A stretch of 64,000 nt of DNA, taken from Pseudomonadota bacterium. Lineage in GTDB: Bacteria > Pseudomonadota > Gammaproteobacteria > Xanthomonadales > SZUA-38. Position numbers and translations under genes: made by a program. Where the stretch lies: contig JBCCCR010000002.1 of assembly GCA_039033415.1 (NCBI GenBank), positions 38,581 to 102,580 of the forward strand, in the 5' to 3' direction. Shown one piece after another: positions 44,195 to 55,008 of this stretch (position 1 is its first letter; each line of letters opens with the position of its first letter). A model generated the notes under the pieces. The model saw nothing but the letters and a program-made list of their open reading frames with translations. It did not search any database and had not been told where the DNA came from.

Positions 44195-45397
44195 TTACTG
44201 AATCGACAGGGAGTAGCGGTAGCCCTCGATCATAGCGGCGCGCATCAGGTAAGCCTTGCGCTTAACCGGGTGGCCAGCAGTTGCACGCAGCTCCTCGTAG
44301 AATTGCTGCCGCACCTGTGGATCCTTTTGCTCGATGTTCTTTTTGTTTTCGATAGTCTGGCGCTGCAGATATTCACTGGCCACCGTTCGGCGCTGACGGT
44401 CATACAGATCCAGCAACGACTCGTCGCCGCCTTCGTGATAGATCTGCCGGAGCTTATCGGCCAGGTTGAACACGTCATGAAACCCGAAGTTCATGCCCAT
44501 GCCACCCAAGGGGTTATTGATGTGGGCAGCGTCACCGGCCAGCAGCAGGCGGCCATCCCGGTAACGGCTGGCGACACGCTGGTGAACCGCATAAAGATTT
44601 CGATGAAAGATTTCATACGGGCCGTCTTTCGCATGAAACCCCTGGATTCGTTGCTGCACCGCAGCCTCGTCGAACAGCGCTTCCTCAGTCGCGTCTGGCT
44701 CTGCGGGGAATAGAATTCGCCACATGCCGCTTTGGTTTACTCCGGGAACGCGGAACAGGGCGCACCATTCCTCCGGGTCAGCGATGTAGTTGGTCCGGGC
44801 GTAGCCGAAAGCGCCGAAATCAAACGGAGTGCTCAGCACCAGGAATCGCTCACCGTACTGAAAGCCGGTGAAATCCACATTCATGGACTTTCGCACCTGA
44901 CTGCGACCGCCGTCGCAGCCAACAAGGTAACGACCGCGCAACTCAACTGCCCCGTCCGGTGTTTGCGCGGTCGCTGTAACGCCACCACCATCCTGCGCGA
45001 CGCTGACGAGCGTGTGCTGACGCCGCAGCTTGTCGCTGTGTTCAAGGCCGAGATACTCGTTGATGAGCCGGCACACCTTGTGCTGCTCCAACATCAGGCG
45101 GTAGGGAAAGTCCGTTTCATCGTTCAGCGTGCTGAGGTCAAACTCAGCCACGACGCCCTGACGCCGGTCGCGGAATTGAAAGGAACTGACGATGCTGCCT
45201 TCGCTTTGCAGCAGGTCTATCAGTCCAACACTTCGAAATAGTTCCAGACTCGGCGGGTGGATGGTGCCCGCGCGAGGATCCTCAAAAATGTGGTCACCCG
45301 CCTCGAGCATCACATAAGGGATGGCGTGGTGCTCCAAGGTGGCGGCCAGCGTGTACCCAACAGGGCCTCCGCCCACAACGATGACACGGTTATCCAA
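44195..45397 (-). CDS. FAD-dependent aromatic-ring monooxygenase
   Basis: N-terminal GGGPVG FAD fingerprint, DG and GD motifs of class A flavoprotein monooxygenases. Confidence 0.8.
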   Translation of the reverse strand: MDNRVIVVGGGPVGYTLAATLEHHAIPYVMLEAGDHIFEDPRAGTIHPPSLELFRSVGLIDLLQSEGSIVSSFQFRDRRQGVVAEFDLSTLNDETDFPYRLMLEQHKVCRLINEYLGLEHSDKLRRQHTLVSVAQDGGGVTATAQTPDGAVELRGRYLVGCDGGRSQVRKSMNVDFTGFQYGERFLVLSTPFDFGAFGYARTNYIADPEEWCALFRVPGVNQSGMWRILFPAEPDATEEALFDEAAVQQRIQGFHAKDGPYEIFHRNLYAVHQRVASRYRDGRLLLAGDAAHINNPLGGMGMNFGFHDVFNLADKLRQIYHEGGDESLLDLYDRQRRTVASEYLQRQTIENKKNIEQKDPQVRQQFYEELRATAGHPVKRKAYLMRAAMIEGYRYSLSIQ

Positions 45398-45442
45398 GAT
45401 TTAGGCCGATGTTCCGTACTCGAGAGGTCTTCGCAGCGACGC

Positions 45443-45934
45443 TCAGTCGCTTTTCGCCGTCGCCTCAATCAGGTAAGCGATGAGGTCAGCGCGATCCTCC
45501 GGCGCCCCAACGCCGGCGAAGATCATTCGATTGCCCGGAAGGAACTCGCTTGGCGAGGCCAGCCATTCATCCACCCTCTCCGCGTTCCAGACGATACCGG
45601 ACTCAACCAGCTGCTCGGAATATTCAAAACCCTCGGCCGTCGCGGCGGCCTTGCCAAACAAACCGTAGAGGTTGGGTCCAACCTTGTTCGGTCCACCCTC
45701 TTCCAGGCTGTGGCAGGCACGGCACTGCAGGAACTGCAGCCGGCCGCGCTTGGCGTTTGCCGCCGCCAGCCGACCGTCCATCGTCGTGCTGGCTGATGGA
45801 TCAGCCGGCTGGGCGTCAGCGTCTTCGGCAGGCTGAGCCGCGCAGCCAAAAAAGGTTACCGCGGAAGTCCAAAGCGCAATTCGGATCAGGCCAGCCAGGC
45901 CGCGCCGGCTTGAACGTGAGGTGTTGTCAGTCAT
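45443..45934 (-). CDS. c-type cytochrome (class I, probable lipoprotein)
   Basis: CRACH heme-binding motif, Met ligand region; lipobox-like FFGC after signal sequence. Confidence 0.75.
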   Translation of the reverse strand: MTDNTSRSSRRGLAGLIRIALWTSAVTFFGCAAQPAEDADAQPADPSASTTMDGRLAAANAKRGRLQFLQCRACHSLEEGGPNKVGPNLYGLFGKAAATAEGFEYSEQLVESGIVWNAERVDEWLASPSEFLPGNRMIFAGVGAPEDRADLIAYLIEATAKSD

Positions 45935-45961
45935 CGATCGGGTTCTCCAGTGTCGCCAGGC

Positions 45962-46429
45962 TCAGACGGTTCGACTCTTGATCTCGACCGCCAGATCGAT
46001 CGCCTTGCGAATTCGCGTATAGGTGCCGCAGCGGCAAATATTTGTCATGGCCCGTGTAACTTCCGCATCGTCGGGGTTCGGATTGCGCTCGAGAAGCTGA
46101 GCCGCAGTCATGATCATGCCAGACTGGCAGTAGCCGCACTGCGGCACCTGCACTTCAAGCCATGCCTCCTGAACGGGATGTAGCGCATCGTCCTCGCCAG
46201 CCAGGCCCTCGATGGTGGTGACGCTTTTTCCCGCCACCGCGGACAGGGGCAGAACGCAGGAGCGGACCGCCTCGCCGTCAAGATGGACGGTGCAGGCCCC
46301 ACATTGGGCGATTCCGCAACCAAACTTAGTGCCGGTGAGTTTCAGCCGATCGCGCAGAGCCCACAGCAAAGGCATATCTTCGGGTGCGTCAACGCTTACC
46401 TCAGATCGATTAACGGTAAAACGGATCAT
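45962..46429 (-). CDS. (2Fe-2S)-binding small subunit of molybdenum hydroxylase (IorA/CoxS-like)
   Basis: CGxxxCGACTV and C..C 2Fe-2S motifs; 155 aa. Confidence 0.85.
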   Translation of the reverse strand: MIRFTVNRSEVSVDAPEDMPLLWALRDRLKLTGTKFGCGIAQCGACTVHLDGEAVRSCVLPLSAVAGKSVTTIEGLAGEDDALHPVQEAWLEVQVPQCGYCQSGMIMTAAQLLERNPNPDDAEVTRAMTNICRCGTYTRIRKAIDLAVEIKSRTV

Positions 46430-46469
46430 GTGGTCTGACCCCCAGCGTTCTCGTGTTGTGGTTTCGTCG

Positions 46470-48689
46470 TCATGTGGCGACCGTCAGGCCCGAATCGACA
46501 ATAGGCAGCTGCCGAATTCGCCGGCCGGACGCCGCAAAGATGGCGTTGACCAGCGCCGGAGCGACAGCGGGCACCGCTGCCTCGCCAACACCGCCCACGG
46601 GCTCCCCGCTCGAAATCAGGTGCACATCAATGTCGGGGACTTCGCTCAGGCGAATGAACCGGTAGTCGTGGAAGTTGCTTTGTTCAACCCGGCCATCTGC
46701 GATAGTGACCTTGCTGAAAAGTGCGGCTGACAAGCCGTCGGTGATACCACCCTCCATCTGTGCCAGTACCGTATCGGGATCGAGGGCAAAGCCGCAGTCG
46801 TGTACGCACGTGACCCGGTCGACGCTGAGCCGGTTGTCCTCGACGCTGACTTTGATGACCTGGGCGTTAAACGATCCAAACCCCGAGGAAAACGCAATCC
46901 CCATGCCTTCGGTCGACTTGAGCTGCCCGTCCCAGCCGGCCTCAGCCGCGGCTTTCTCCAGCACCACGCGGGCGCGGGCATTGTCGCCCAGCAGGTCCAG
47001 GCGATAGCGCAGCGGGTCTTGCCCGGCGCGGTGGGCCAGCTCGTCGATGACGCTCTCGCCGATAAAGCCGTTGTGCGACAGCGACACCGAGCGCCAAAAT
47101 CCGATCGGTACATGGGTCTCAATTTCGGCCAGTTCGATCAGGGTATTGGGAATCCCGTAAAGCGAGTTGATCGCACCGCGCATCAAGATCGGGTCCGGGA
47201 TGCGCAGCGGCCTGCGCTGAAAGGTCATGACCGAGGGACCGGCAATGCGGGTGCGGATCGCCGCCGGCTTGCCGGACTGATCCAGAGTCGCCCGCGACCG
47301 GGCTGCCACCACGGGGCGATAAAAGTCGTGCTGCACGTCCTCTTCCCTCGACCAGACCAGGGTCACCGGGCGGCCTTGGGTTTGCAGGGCTATCTGAACT
47401 GCCTGGCGCACAAAGTCGAGCTCCCACTTGCGCCCGAAACCGCCGCCGCAAAAGGTCCCCTGCAGCGACACCTGCTCGAGCGGTAGCCCGGTGAGCTCGG
47501 CGGCCAAGGCCCGGGCCGCACCCTGCTGCTGGTGCGGTGCCCAGATCCGGCACTGCTGGTCTTTCACCTGAGCCGTAGCGGTCATCGGCTCCATGCACAC
47601 GTGCGCGAGAAACGGCAGCGCGTAGTCCATCGTGACCACATCGGTGCTCTGATCGATCACCGAGGCGGCGTCGCCTTTGGCGCCCGGGAAAGGCCGGGCG
47701 GGCTCACCGTCTAACGCGGCCTGGAGGGTCGCCGCAATGCTTGACGAACTCCAGCTCTCGTTAGGCTCAGACTCGAACTCAAGCTCAAGCGCCTTGAGCG
47801 CCCGGTCCGCTTCCCAAACTGAAGCGGCGGCCACCGCAACGCCGTTTTCCAGCTCGATCACCTTGAACACGCCGGAAGGGAGTCCACCCTCGGGCTGCCT
47901 GACCGTTTTGAGGCGACCGCCGAACACCGGCGAGGTGCGAATGCTGGCGTATAGCTGATCCGGTAAACGTACGTCTGCACCAAACTCAGCTCGCCCGGTG
48001 ACCTTCGCCAGCAGGTCCTTACGAGGCACCGTTCTGCCAAGCAGCTTGAAGTCCTCTGACGACTTGAGAAGCGGGTTTTCCGGAACCGGTACAGCTGCCG
48101 CAGCCGCTGCAAGTTCTCCGTAGCTGAGCGTCCGGCCAGTCGCGCCGTGAAGTATCTGACTGTTGCTTGCGGTCAGGGTAGCTGCGGGCACCTGCCAGCG
48201 GGCCGCAGCGGCGTTGATCAACATATCCCGGGCCGCAGCGCCGGTTTTTCGCAGCGCGTCGAAGTAACCCATGACCGCGTCGGAGCCCCCGGTGGACTGA
48301 CGCATTTTTTTGCGCGGATTCCCGAATCGCTTGTCGGCGGTGGCGAGCCGGACGACAACCCGTTCCCAGTCCGCCTCCAGCTCCTCAGCGACGATTTTGG
48401 GGAGCGTTGTGTAGACGCCCTGGCCGAGCTCAGCTCCCGGAACGACGATGGAAATCTCGCCGTCTTTGGCAATCTGAATATAGGCGCTGAGCTCAGCGTG
48501 TTCGTCGTCTAAGGCGGCGGCACGGCCGGCGGGTGCCAGCACACCCAGCAGCAGACCGCCCGTAGCCGCGCCCGCTGACCGCAGGAATCCCCGGCGACTG
48601 AGCTCGACCCCGGTCAGTAACGTGTAGCCGTCACTTTGTTGCTTTTCTGCGTACATTCGCCGTTTGCTCCGGTTATCCAGGCAGGTCAT
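46470..48689 (-). CDS. molybdopterin-dependent oxidoreductase large subunit (IorB/aldehyde oxidoreductase-like), Tat-exported
   Basis: 739 aa; twin-arginine signal [19 protein letters not shown]; xanthine dehydrogenase family Mo-binding domains. Confidence 0.85.
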   Translation of the reverse strand: MTCLDNRSKRRMYAEKQQSDGYTLLTGVELSRRGFLRSAGAATGGLLLGVLAPAGRAAALDDEHAELSAYIQIAKDGEISIVVPGAELGQGVYTTLPKIVAEELEADWERVVVRLATADKRFGNPRKKMRQSTGGSDAVMGYFDALRKTGAAARDMLINAAAARWQVPAATLTASNSQILHGATGRTLSYGELAAAAAAVPVPENPLLKSSEDFKLLGRTVPRKDLLAKVTGRAEFGADVRLPDQLYASIRTSPVFGGRLKTVRQPEGGLPSGVFKVIELENGVAVAAASVWEADRALKALELEFESEPNESWSSSSIAATLQAALDGEPARPFPGAKGDAASVIDQSTDVVTMDYALPFLAHVCMEPMTATAQVKDQQCRIWAPHQQQGAARALAAELTGLPLEQVSLQGTFCGGGFGRKWELDFVRQAVQIALQTQGRPVTLVWSREEDVQHDFYRPVVAARSRATLDQSGKPAAIRTRIAGPSVMTFQRRPLRIPDPILMRGAINSLYGIPNTLIELAEIETHVPIGFWRSVSLSHNGFIGESVIDELAHRAGQDPLRYRLDLLGDNARARVVLEKAAAEAGWDGQLKSTEGMGIAFSSGFGSFNAQVIKVSVEDNRLSVDRVTCVHDCGFALDPDTVLAQMEGGITDGLSAALFSKVTIADGRVEQSNFHDYRFIRLSEVPDIDVHLISSGEPVGGVGEAAVPAVAPALVNAIFAASGRRIRQLPIVDSGLTVAT

Positions 48690-50128
48690 AGTCGCAGCAG
48701 CGTCGCCACCGCGGTCCGTTCAGCGGCTTCCATGGCAGCCTCCATGCCGCGGTTGGATACCGCCGTATGTTCGCCGCAGAAGCGCAGGCGGCCATAGTTT
48801 TTGGAAAATGCCGGTAGAAAGCTGTGCAGCTGACCCGGCCGCCACTCGGTCCAACTGCCCCCGGCATACGGATCCATGTTCCAGCTTTTGAAGGCTGCGG
48901 CCTTGAGCTTGCCAGCCGCGGCCGGTCTCAGCTTCTCATATTCTTTGACCACCAGCTCGCGAGCCGCAGCCTCACCCAGCCGATCCAGACGCTGCGCGAC
49001 AAAACCCCTGGCCCGGGCCACGAGGCCGGTAATTTCGGTGCTGTCGCCAAACTGGCGCAGCGCGCGTACGTCTCCCAGCGCGGTATCGGTCCACATCGCC
49101 GGGTCGAGGCCGTCGTCCTCCCAGAAATTTCTCTCGGGCTGCAGAATAATCTTCGTGATCATCATTGCGGGCAGCACCTTGATCGCCTCGGATAATACCG
49201 GCGGCAGGACCGGGTCGAACGCAACCCAGCGCAACGGAGCTACCGGCAGTGCACATACAACCTCTTTTGCCAAATGACGCTCACCGTTGTCGGTCAGCAC
49301 TTCGACACCTGACGCTGTTTGATTGACTCGGACAACCCGCCGATCGGTCAGCACCTCGCCCGGCAGCTTGCTGGCCATGGCCTCAGGTAAGCGCTGATTT
49401 CCGCCCTTGACCTTGGCCGCCAGCGTCCCAAGCTGGCGCTGCCTCGCATCCCAGGTGACTCGGAAAAACCAGGTGAGGATGGAACAGTCATGCGCCGAGG
49501 TTCCGCGACCGATGTTGGTTTCATAGTTCTGGGCGATGGTCGCTGGGCTCCAGCCGAGCGATTCGAGAAACGCATAGACCGACCGATCAAAACTGCCGCT
49601 TTCGGGCTGCAGCCAGTCCTCGAGTTTTGCCAGCGGATTGTTGGCGCGGACCGTTTTTTCAAAAATCTTGCGGCCCGGGAATTCGCCTTTTGACCCCGCA
49701 GGCAACAGATTGCGAGGATCTTCGGGCCACCGCTCCCGCGGAATGATTTTTCCGCCCAGCGCAATTTCGGGTTTCGACAGACCACGGCGCGGCGCGTGAT
49801 CGATCAGTTTAAGACCCAGGTCCCGGACCGCTGAGAGGACCCTCCCGTACCCGCCAAGAATGCTGTCGCCCCCGGCTTCGGGTGCCCCGGGAAGTTCAGA
49901 GAAGCTCTCCAGACGGCCGCCGAGTCGACCCTGGGCCTCCAGGACGGTCACACGGGCACCCTCGCCTGCGAGCAGCGAGGCGGTATGCAGGCCGGACAGG
50001 CCCGCGCCGATGACTATCACGTCGCCAGTGGTCGAGGCGCGAACCGCGTTAGACCAGCCGGCCGCGGGCAGCATGCTCCCAGCTAAGGCGGCCTGCAGCA
50101 CTCTTCGGCGACTGATCGGTCTTGCCAT
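48686..50128 (-). CDS. Tat-exported flavin-containing amine oxidase
   Basis: RRRVLQAALAGS Tat motif, GAGLSGL FAD fingerprint, amine oxidase family C-terminus; start set at Met 50128 with GGGGA RBS (the track ORF starts 50263); 4-nt overlap with downstream Mo subunit gene. Confidence 0.75.
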   Translation of the reverse strand: MARPISRRRVLQAALAGSMLPAAGWSNAVRASTTGDVIVIGAGLSGLHTASLLAGEGARVTVLEAQGRLGGRLESFSELPGAPEAGGDSILGGYGRVLSAVRDLGLKLIDHAPRRGLSKPEIALGGKIIPRERWPEDPRNLLPAGSKGEFPGRKIFEKTVRANNPLAKLEDWLQPESGSFDRSVYAFLESLGWSPATIAQNYETNIGRGTSAHDCSILTWFFRVTWDARQRQLGTLAAKVKGGNQRLPEAMASKLPGEVLTDRRVVRVNQTASGVEVLTDNGERHLAKEVVCALPVAPLRWVAFDPVLPPVLSEAIKVLPAMMITKIILQPERNFWEDDGLDPAMWTDTALGDVRALRQFGDSTEITGLVARARGFVAQRLDRLGEAAARELVVKEYEKLRPAAAGKLKAAAFKSWNMDPYAGGSWTEWRPGQLHSFLPAFSKNYGRLRFCGEHTAVSNRGMEAAMEAAERTAVATLLRL

Positions 50129-50452
50129 CTTCGGTGTCCCCGCGGATGAAACAAAGGCAGAGTGTAAGCGCTGTCGCTGCGGCCACCGATGTCGTCGGCA
50201 GGCTTGTCCACAATGTGAAACATAGCCAGGATTTTTGGGCGGATCCCGGCAAACTGCGTCCACACTCTGCGCCGTGCAACCGGAGTCTGAATCGGCAACG
50301 CCGCCCGCGCCAGCTAGACACTCCGTTCACGGTCGATCGTACTACGGTGCCGATACGGAAGCGCCAGATCGCATCGGCGCTGCTCCCAAGTGGGTAATTC
50401 TGTCGCCAGCATCGGCCACCCGATCGGCCGCACAAACGAGGAAACCGCGAGG

Positions 50453-51331
50453 ATGACTATGAACCAATCCGATCTCGTTTCACCCGATCGTCGCAGCCTG
50501 CTTAGCGCCGCTGGCATGGGGATGGCAGCAGGAATCAGCGGAACATGGTCGGAGCCTCTGGCCGCCGCGGGACTCGAAGACTCGCCGGACCTGCAGGATC
50601 CCTGGATGCGGGAACCGGAGCGGGCGTTCAGGAATTTCCTGCGGGTGCAGGGCGACCTCACAGGGCTGATTGCGCCTCAGTGGTGGCGCGGCGCCTACCT
50701 CGCCATCTATCCCGACCGCAATCCCGAATTGCTGTTTCGTATGGAAGGGTGCGAGATGAAGCGGATCGTCGACCTCGGCGGTGGAAGGTACGAGTTCCAG
50801 TATCAGATTTTTACATCCATGAAAGACCCGGTAACCAACGAGACCCTGAACGGCAAGCGCTGGCGAAATCCACTCACGGGCGACGAGCTTACCGTTGAGC
50901 CGAACATCTCAGCCGCTAACCGGATCGTCTCACTCTCTGATCGGGGCATCGTTGAGACCCGCGAAGGTAAAGATTTTGAGGCGGTGATTCACTCATTTTG
51001 GACGGCCCAGGGGCCGTTCGCCATGCACAGCGGCTTCAAAGACCGCCCCAGCAAGCGGCCCGTGCCGCTGCAGGCCTACGCGACCAGCTTTTTCGACCGC
51101 GCGGCGGCAGCAGATTTTGAAGCGCCACGGCTGGACGTTCGGTTCGCGACCAATTTTATTGCGCCCTTTCAGCGCTGGATGGAAATGCCACAGGAAGCGG
51201 GTCACGCCGTTTGGCACGCGTCCGGCCACAAGGCAAAGGACGTGGCAAGCCTGCCGGAGAGCTATATGAAAGAATTAACGGCCTACAAACCTGAAATAAC
51301 CAACTGGATTGGCAAGGACGGCAAGGCATGA
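50453..51331 (+). CDS. Tat-exported hypothetical protein
   Basis: RRSLLSAAGMGMAAG twin-arginine signal; start ATG 50453 or 50459 (GAGG upstream); no domain recognised with confidence. Confidence 0.5.
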   Translation: MTMNQSDLVSPDRRSLLSAAGMGMAAGISGTWSEPLAAAGLEDSPDLQDPWMREPERAFRNFLRVQGDLTGLIAPQWWRGAYLAIYPDRNPELLFRMEGCEMKRIVDLGGGRYEFQYQIFTSMKDPVTNETLNGKRWRNPLTGDELTVEPNISAANRIVSLSDRGIVETREGKDFEAVIHSFWTAQGPFAMHSGFKDRPSKRPVPLQAYATSFFDRAAAADFEAPRLDVRFATNFIAPFQRWMEMPQEAGHAVWHASGHKAKDVASLPESYMKELTAYKPEITNWIGKDGKA

Positions 51332-52878
51332 CCGCTTTGACCTCAGCGCAGCAGGGGCCCGACAGTCCGGCCACTACCGAGGCGCAGCCGGCCTCGAACG
51401 TCAAGCTGGAGCGGCCAGCGCCCTGGTACACGATGATGGGATTTGCGTTTGGCACCTTTCCCGACAGCATCAAAAACTTCGCCTGGGACCTGTTTGTCCT
51501 GTTTCTCTACACGCAGGTTCTCGGTCTGTCTGGGACGCTCACCGGGCTGGCCCTGCTGATCGCGCTCTGCTTCGACGCGGTGTCCGACCCCTACGTCGGC
51601 TTTCTTTCCGACCGGGCCCGCAATCTCCGCTTTGGTCGTCGTCATACATTTATGCTGTTGGCCACGGTTCCGTTCGGGCTCTGCTTCTACTTCCTGTTTG
51701 TGCCGCCGGCCGGACTGGGGCAGTGGGGGCTGTTTGCCTGGCTGGTCGTATTTGCGATCTTGAGCCGCTTGACCATTACGTTGTTTGCGGTGCCGGTCAA
51801 AGCGGTCGGAGCTGAGCTCAGCCGGGACGTTTCGGTTCGGCCCAAGATTATTGGGATCGGCACGATTGGTCTGACGGTAGCGCGCATCAGCCTGCCCCTA
51901 CTCGCGTTTGGCTTTTTCTTTCTGGAAAGCGAAGAATATTCGCGCGGACAGCTGAATCCAGCGAACTACCCGCCCTTCGCCATCACTTTCGCCCTGGCTG
52001 CCGTGGTCTGCATGCTGATCAGCGTGGCGACGACCATAAAGCCGGTACTGGAGATCGAGCGCCTCGAGCCTCCAACACCGAGACCTCGCGTCGGGCCGCT
52101 GGAAGGGGTCAAGGCCGTCATTTCCGCGATGACCGTGACGCCCAACGTGCGTTGGTCGCTGGTGCTGGCCATCGTGGTGTTCTTTTCCATCGTCTCGATA
52201 GCGATCCTTAAAATCCACCTGGTGACTTACCTCTGGCAAACGCCGCCGGATCTGACCAAGTGGATTATCTCGGCCCAGTACATCGGCACCGGAGTCGGCG
52301 CGGTGATTTTGCCCTTCGTGGTCAAAACCGTGAACCGCAAACTGTGTATCGGAGCCGGCATGGTCGGTTTCACCACGCTGTCGGCGGTTGCTGTGCTGCT
52401 GCCGGTCTGGGGCTTCCTGCCTCCACCCGGCACGCGCGAGTTGGGCCAGGTTCTGATCGGCATCTTTACGGTTGCCGGTCTGCTGCTCGGCATATACTTT
52501 GTCGCGATCGGTTCCCTTTCGGCTGACGTTGCGGACGAGCATGAGGCCAATACCGGGAAACGCCAGCAGGCGTTGATCAGCGGCTTCGGCATGTTCGCCA
52601 TCAAAGCCGCCGGCGCTTTAATGACGCTGGTAACCGGCATCTATCTCGACCTCATTGCGTTCCCCAAAGGAGCACCGGTTGGCGAGGTACCGCTGGAGAA
52701 AGTGCACGCTTTGGGATATTTCTCTGCCGGCTTTTGCCTGCTGGGCGCCCTCCTGGTAATGGGGGTCGTCTCCCGATTTGACGTGTCCATCACCAAACAA
52801 CGAGAAATCAATCAGCGCCTACAGCGCATGATGAAAGCCGAGACGAAAGAGTCTGCGGCCGCCGCCGCAAGCCAATAG
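51328..52878 (+). CDS. MFS transporter, glycoside-pentoside-hexuronide:cation symporter (GPH) family
   Basis: 12 TM topology, GPH-like motifs; ATGA overlap with upstream gene. Confidence 0.8.
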   Translation: MTALTSAQQGPDSPATTEAQPASNVKLERPAPWYTMMGFAFGTFPDSIKNFAWDLFVLFLYTQVLGLSGTLTGLALLIALCFDAVSDPYVGFLSDRARNLRFGRRHTFMLLATVPFGLCFYFLFVPPAGLGQWGLFAWLVVFAILSRLTITLFAVPVKAVGAELSRDVSVRPKIIGIGTIGLTVARISLPLLAFGFFFLESEEYSRGQLNPANYPPFAITFALAAVVCMLISVATTIKPVLEIERLEPPTPRPRVGPLEGVKAVISAMTVTPNVRWSLVLAIVVFFSIVSIAILKIHLVTYLWQTPPDLTKWIISAQYIGTGVGAVILPFVVKTVNRKLCIGAGMVGFTTLSAVAVLLPVWGFLPPPGTRELGQVLIGIFTVAGLLLGIYFVAIGSLSADVADEHEANTGKRQQALISGFGMFAIKAAGALMTLVTGIYLDLIAFPKGAPVGEVPLEKVHALGYFSAGFCLLGALLVMGVVSRFDVSITKQREINQRLQRMMKAETKESAAAAASQ

Positions 52879-52890
52879 GCAGGAGCCACT

Positions 52891-54972
52891 ATGTTAGTCA
52901 TCTCACAACAAGCCTGGGTCACCTCTGACACAGACACCCTCGCCCACCATGTTGAGCACCTCGTTTCGCTGGTTCGCCGGCGCCAGCTCGAGCCCGTCGA
53001 GGAACTGCTCGTGCTGCTGCCACACGGCACCGTAGAAGCTGAACCCGTCGCGGCTGACCAGCTCTGGTCGGCACTCGGATCGATTGCCTCGGTACAGGGC
53101 GTGATGCTCGCCGGTTCAGCGGTTGTCGGCAGCAGCGAGGAGACGTCGACCGTCGGCTTCCTGCTGTCCGCCAACGGAGAACCGCTGCTGACAACGGCCA
53201 AGGTCTCGCCAGACCTGGTTACCGGCATCAGCGACAACGCGACCTCAGCGCTGGGACAGCCGGCTGAATTCAAAACCGCCGTAACGGGTTTCGGGCAGGT
53301 GGGCATTCTGCCGGGCGAGGACATTCTCTCGCCGCATCTGACGCGGGCGCTGGTCTGGGCCGGCGCTGAAATCATCCTCAATCCCGTCGCCGAAGTCAGC
53401 GATCACCTTTTTCCAGGTCGTGAGACCGCTCGGGTTGCCAGAGCCTGGGAAAATACGGCGTTTGTTGCCGTGGCCAGTGCTACCGGCGGCGCTCTGGGTT
53501 CACCGGCCTGCAGCCGACTCGTCGACTTCAACGGCTACAGCACCGTAGCCGAGGGTGATGCCGATATTTTTATTCCCGATCTGGACATCGAGCGACTCCG
53601 CCGGCGGCGTAGCGCGATTGTTGCGGTGCAGCCGCTTCATCTACGCGCGAACCTGTACGCCGATGGATATGACAAACTGATTGCGGCCCGACCGGAGCCG
53701 CTGGGAAAGCCGCCGAAGAATCGAGTCGAGTGGATTGCGGAAGGCCAGCGACGAAAGGCGCTAACGCCCCCGTCGGATAAGCCTGGACGCATCGAGCAAT
53801 ACGACGTGCTGCTGACCCAAACCGTCAGCAAAATTATCCAGCGCACCGACGACGCGGTGGCGCTGCGCCGCGAGAACACCGAGCATGCGATGACGCTCGC
53901 CGGGCGCATGGCGGTCAGCCCCGGTATCAAGCTGGTGGTGATGGGTGAGTTCTTTATGCACGGCCAGGGCGGCCACGGCTTTCGTTCACCGGTGACGCTG
54001 CAGCGCCTGGCGATCCGCTATCCGGGTCCGGAACTGGAGCTGCTGCAGGATTTTGCACTCAAGCACAAAACTTATGTTTGTGGCTCAACCTTCGAAATCG
54101 ACGACAAGCTGCCCGGGCATGTCTTCAATTCGGCGTTCATCCTCAACGACACCGGCCAGCTCATCCACCGCTACCGGAAAATCCAGTGTGCCGACGTCTG
54201 GGGATCGCTGCCCGACACCACTCCGAGCAGCATCTACGAACGCTACCTGGACACCTACGGCTATGACTTCCTATTCCCGATCGCCGACACGCCGATCGGC
54301 CGGCTGGGCACCATGGTGTGCTTCGATCAGGCGCACCCCGAAATCGCCAGAATGCTGACCAAGTATGGTGCGGAGATCATTGTTCACCCGTCCTCGGAAG
54401 GCCACGGCAGCGGCCGCGACGGTTGGGACGCCGCGCGCGCAACGCGCGCGTTCGAAAATACTGCCTACGTGGTATCAGCTATGCCCGGCGGCGAATACTT
54501 CAACCCGAGCAGCGGTGCCCTGCCTACAACGCAGATGCGCGGCCACTCCCGCATCATCAACTTCGACGGCAAAGTGCTGGGCGTTGCGGACGGCCCCGGT
54601 GCCTGCATCCTGACCGGCACCATCGACCTGAAGGCGCTGCGGCGGGCCAGGGCCAACGCGATGACCAATCTGCCCCTGTGGGACGACCCGGAGGTCTATG
54701 CCCACGCCTACGCGGGAGACGTGGGCTTACCCAACAACCTTTGGGGTGATGATCCGATGGAAAACCCCTATGTCGGCCTCGGGCCCCTCAAAGAGCGGAT
54801 CAAGAGTTTCTACGAGCGCGGCATCTTTGTTCGCCCCGCCGGCATGGACGGGGACGCGGTTCCACCTTCGAGCAAGGTTTATGGCCCCGCCCTCAAGCCG
54901 AAGGCCAAACCCAAAGAGTCGACCCGACTGGCGGACCAGGAAAGGCTGGACGGCGAGTCGATTCAGATCTAG
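52891..54972 (+). CDS. tandem carbon-nitrogen hydrolase (nitrilase superfamily) protein with two CN-hydrolase domains
   Basis: 693 aa; second domain has E-K-C triad context (MVCFDQAHPE, IIVHPSSE); first domain similar fold signature. Confidence 0.7.
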   Translation: MLVISQQAWVTSDTDTLAHHVEHLVSLVRRRQLEPVEELLVLLPHGTVEAEPVAADQLWSALGSIASVQGVMLAGSAVVGSSEETSTVGFLLSANGEPLLTTAKVSPDLVTGISDNATSALGQPAEFKTAVTGFGQVGILPGEDILSPHLTRALVWAGAEIILNPVAEVSDHLFPGRETARVARAWENTAFVAVASATGGALGSPACSRLVDFNGYSTVAEGDADIFIPDLDIERLRRRRSAIVAVQPLHLRANLYADGYDKLIAARPEPLGKPPKNRVEWIAEGQRRKALTPPSDKPGRIEQYDVLLTQTVSKIIQRTDDAVALRRENTEHAMTLAGRMAVSPGIKLVVMGEFFMHGQGGHGFRSPVTLQRLAIRYPGPELELLQDFALKHKTYVCGSTFEIDDKLPGHVFNSAFILNDTGQLIHRYRKIQCADVWGSLPDTTPSSIYERYLDTYGYDFLFPIADTPIGRLGTMVCFDQAHPEIARMLTKYGAEIIVHPSSEGHGSGRDGWDAARATRAFENTAYVVSAMPGGEYFNPSSGALPTTQMRGHSRIINFDGKVLGVADGPGACILTGTIDLKALRRARANAMTNLPLWDDPEVYAHAYAGDVGLPNNLWGDDPMENPYVGLGPLKERIKSFYERGIFVRPAGMDGDAVPPSSKVYGPALKPKAKPKESTRLADQERLDGESIQI

Positions 54973-55008
54973 CGACCCGCTGAAAGTCGCCCTGCTGCCC
55001 CGCGGCGA

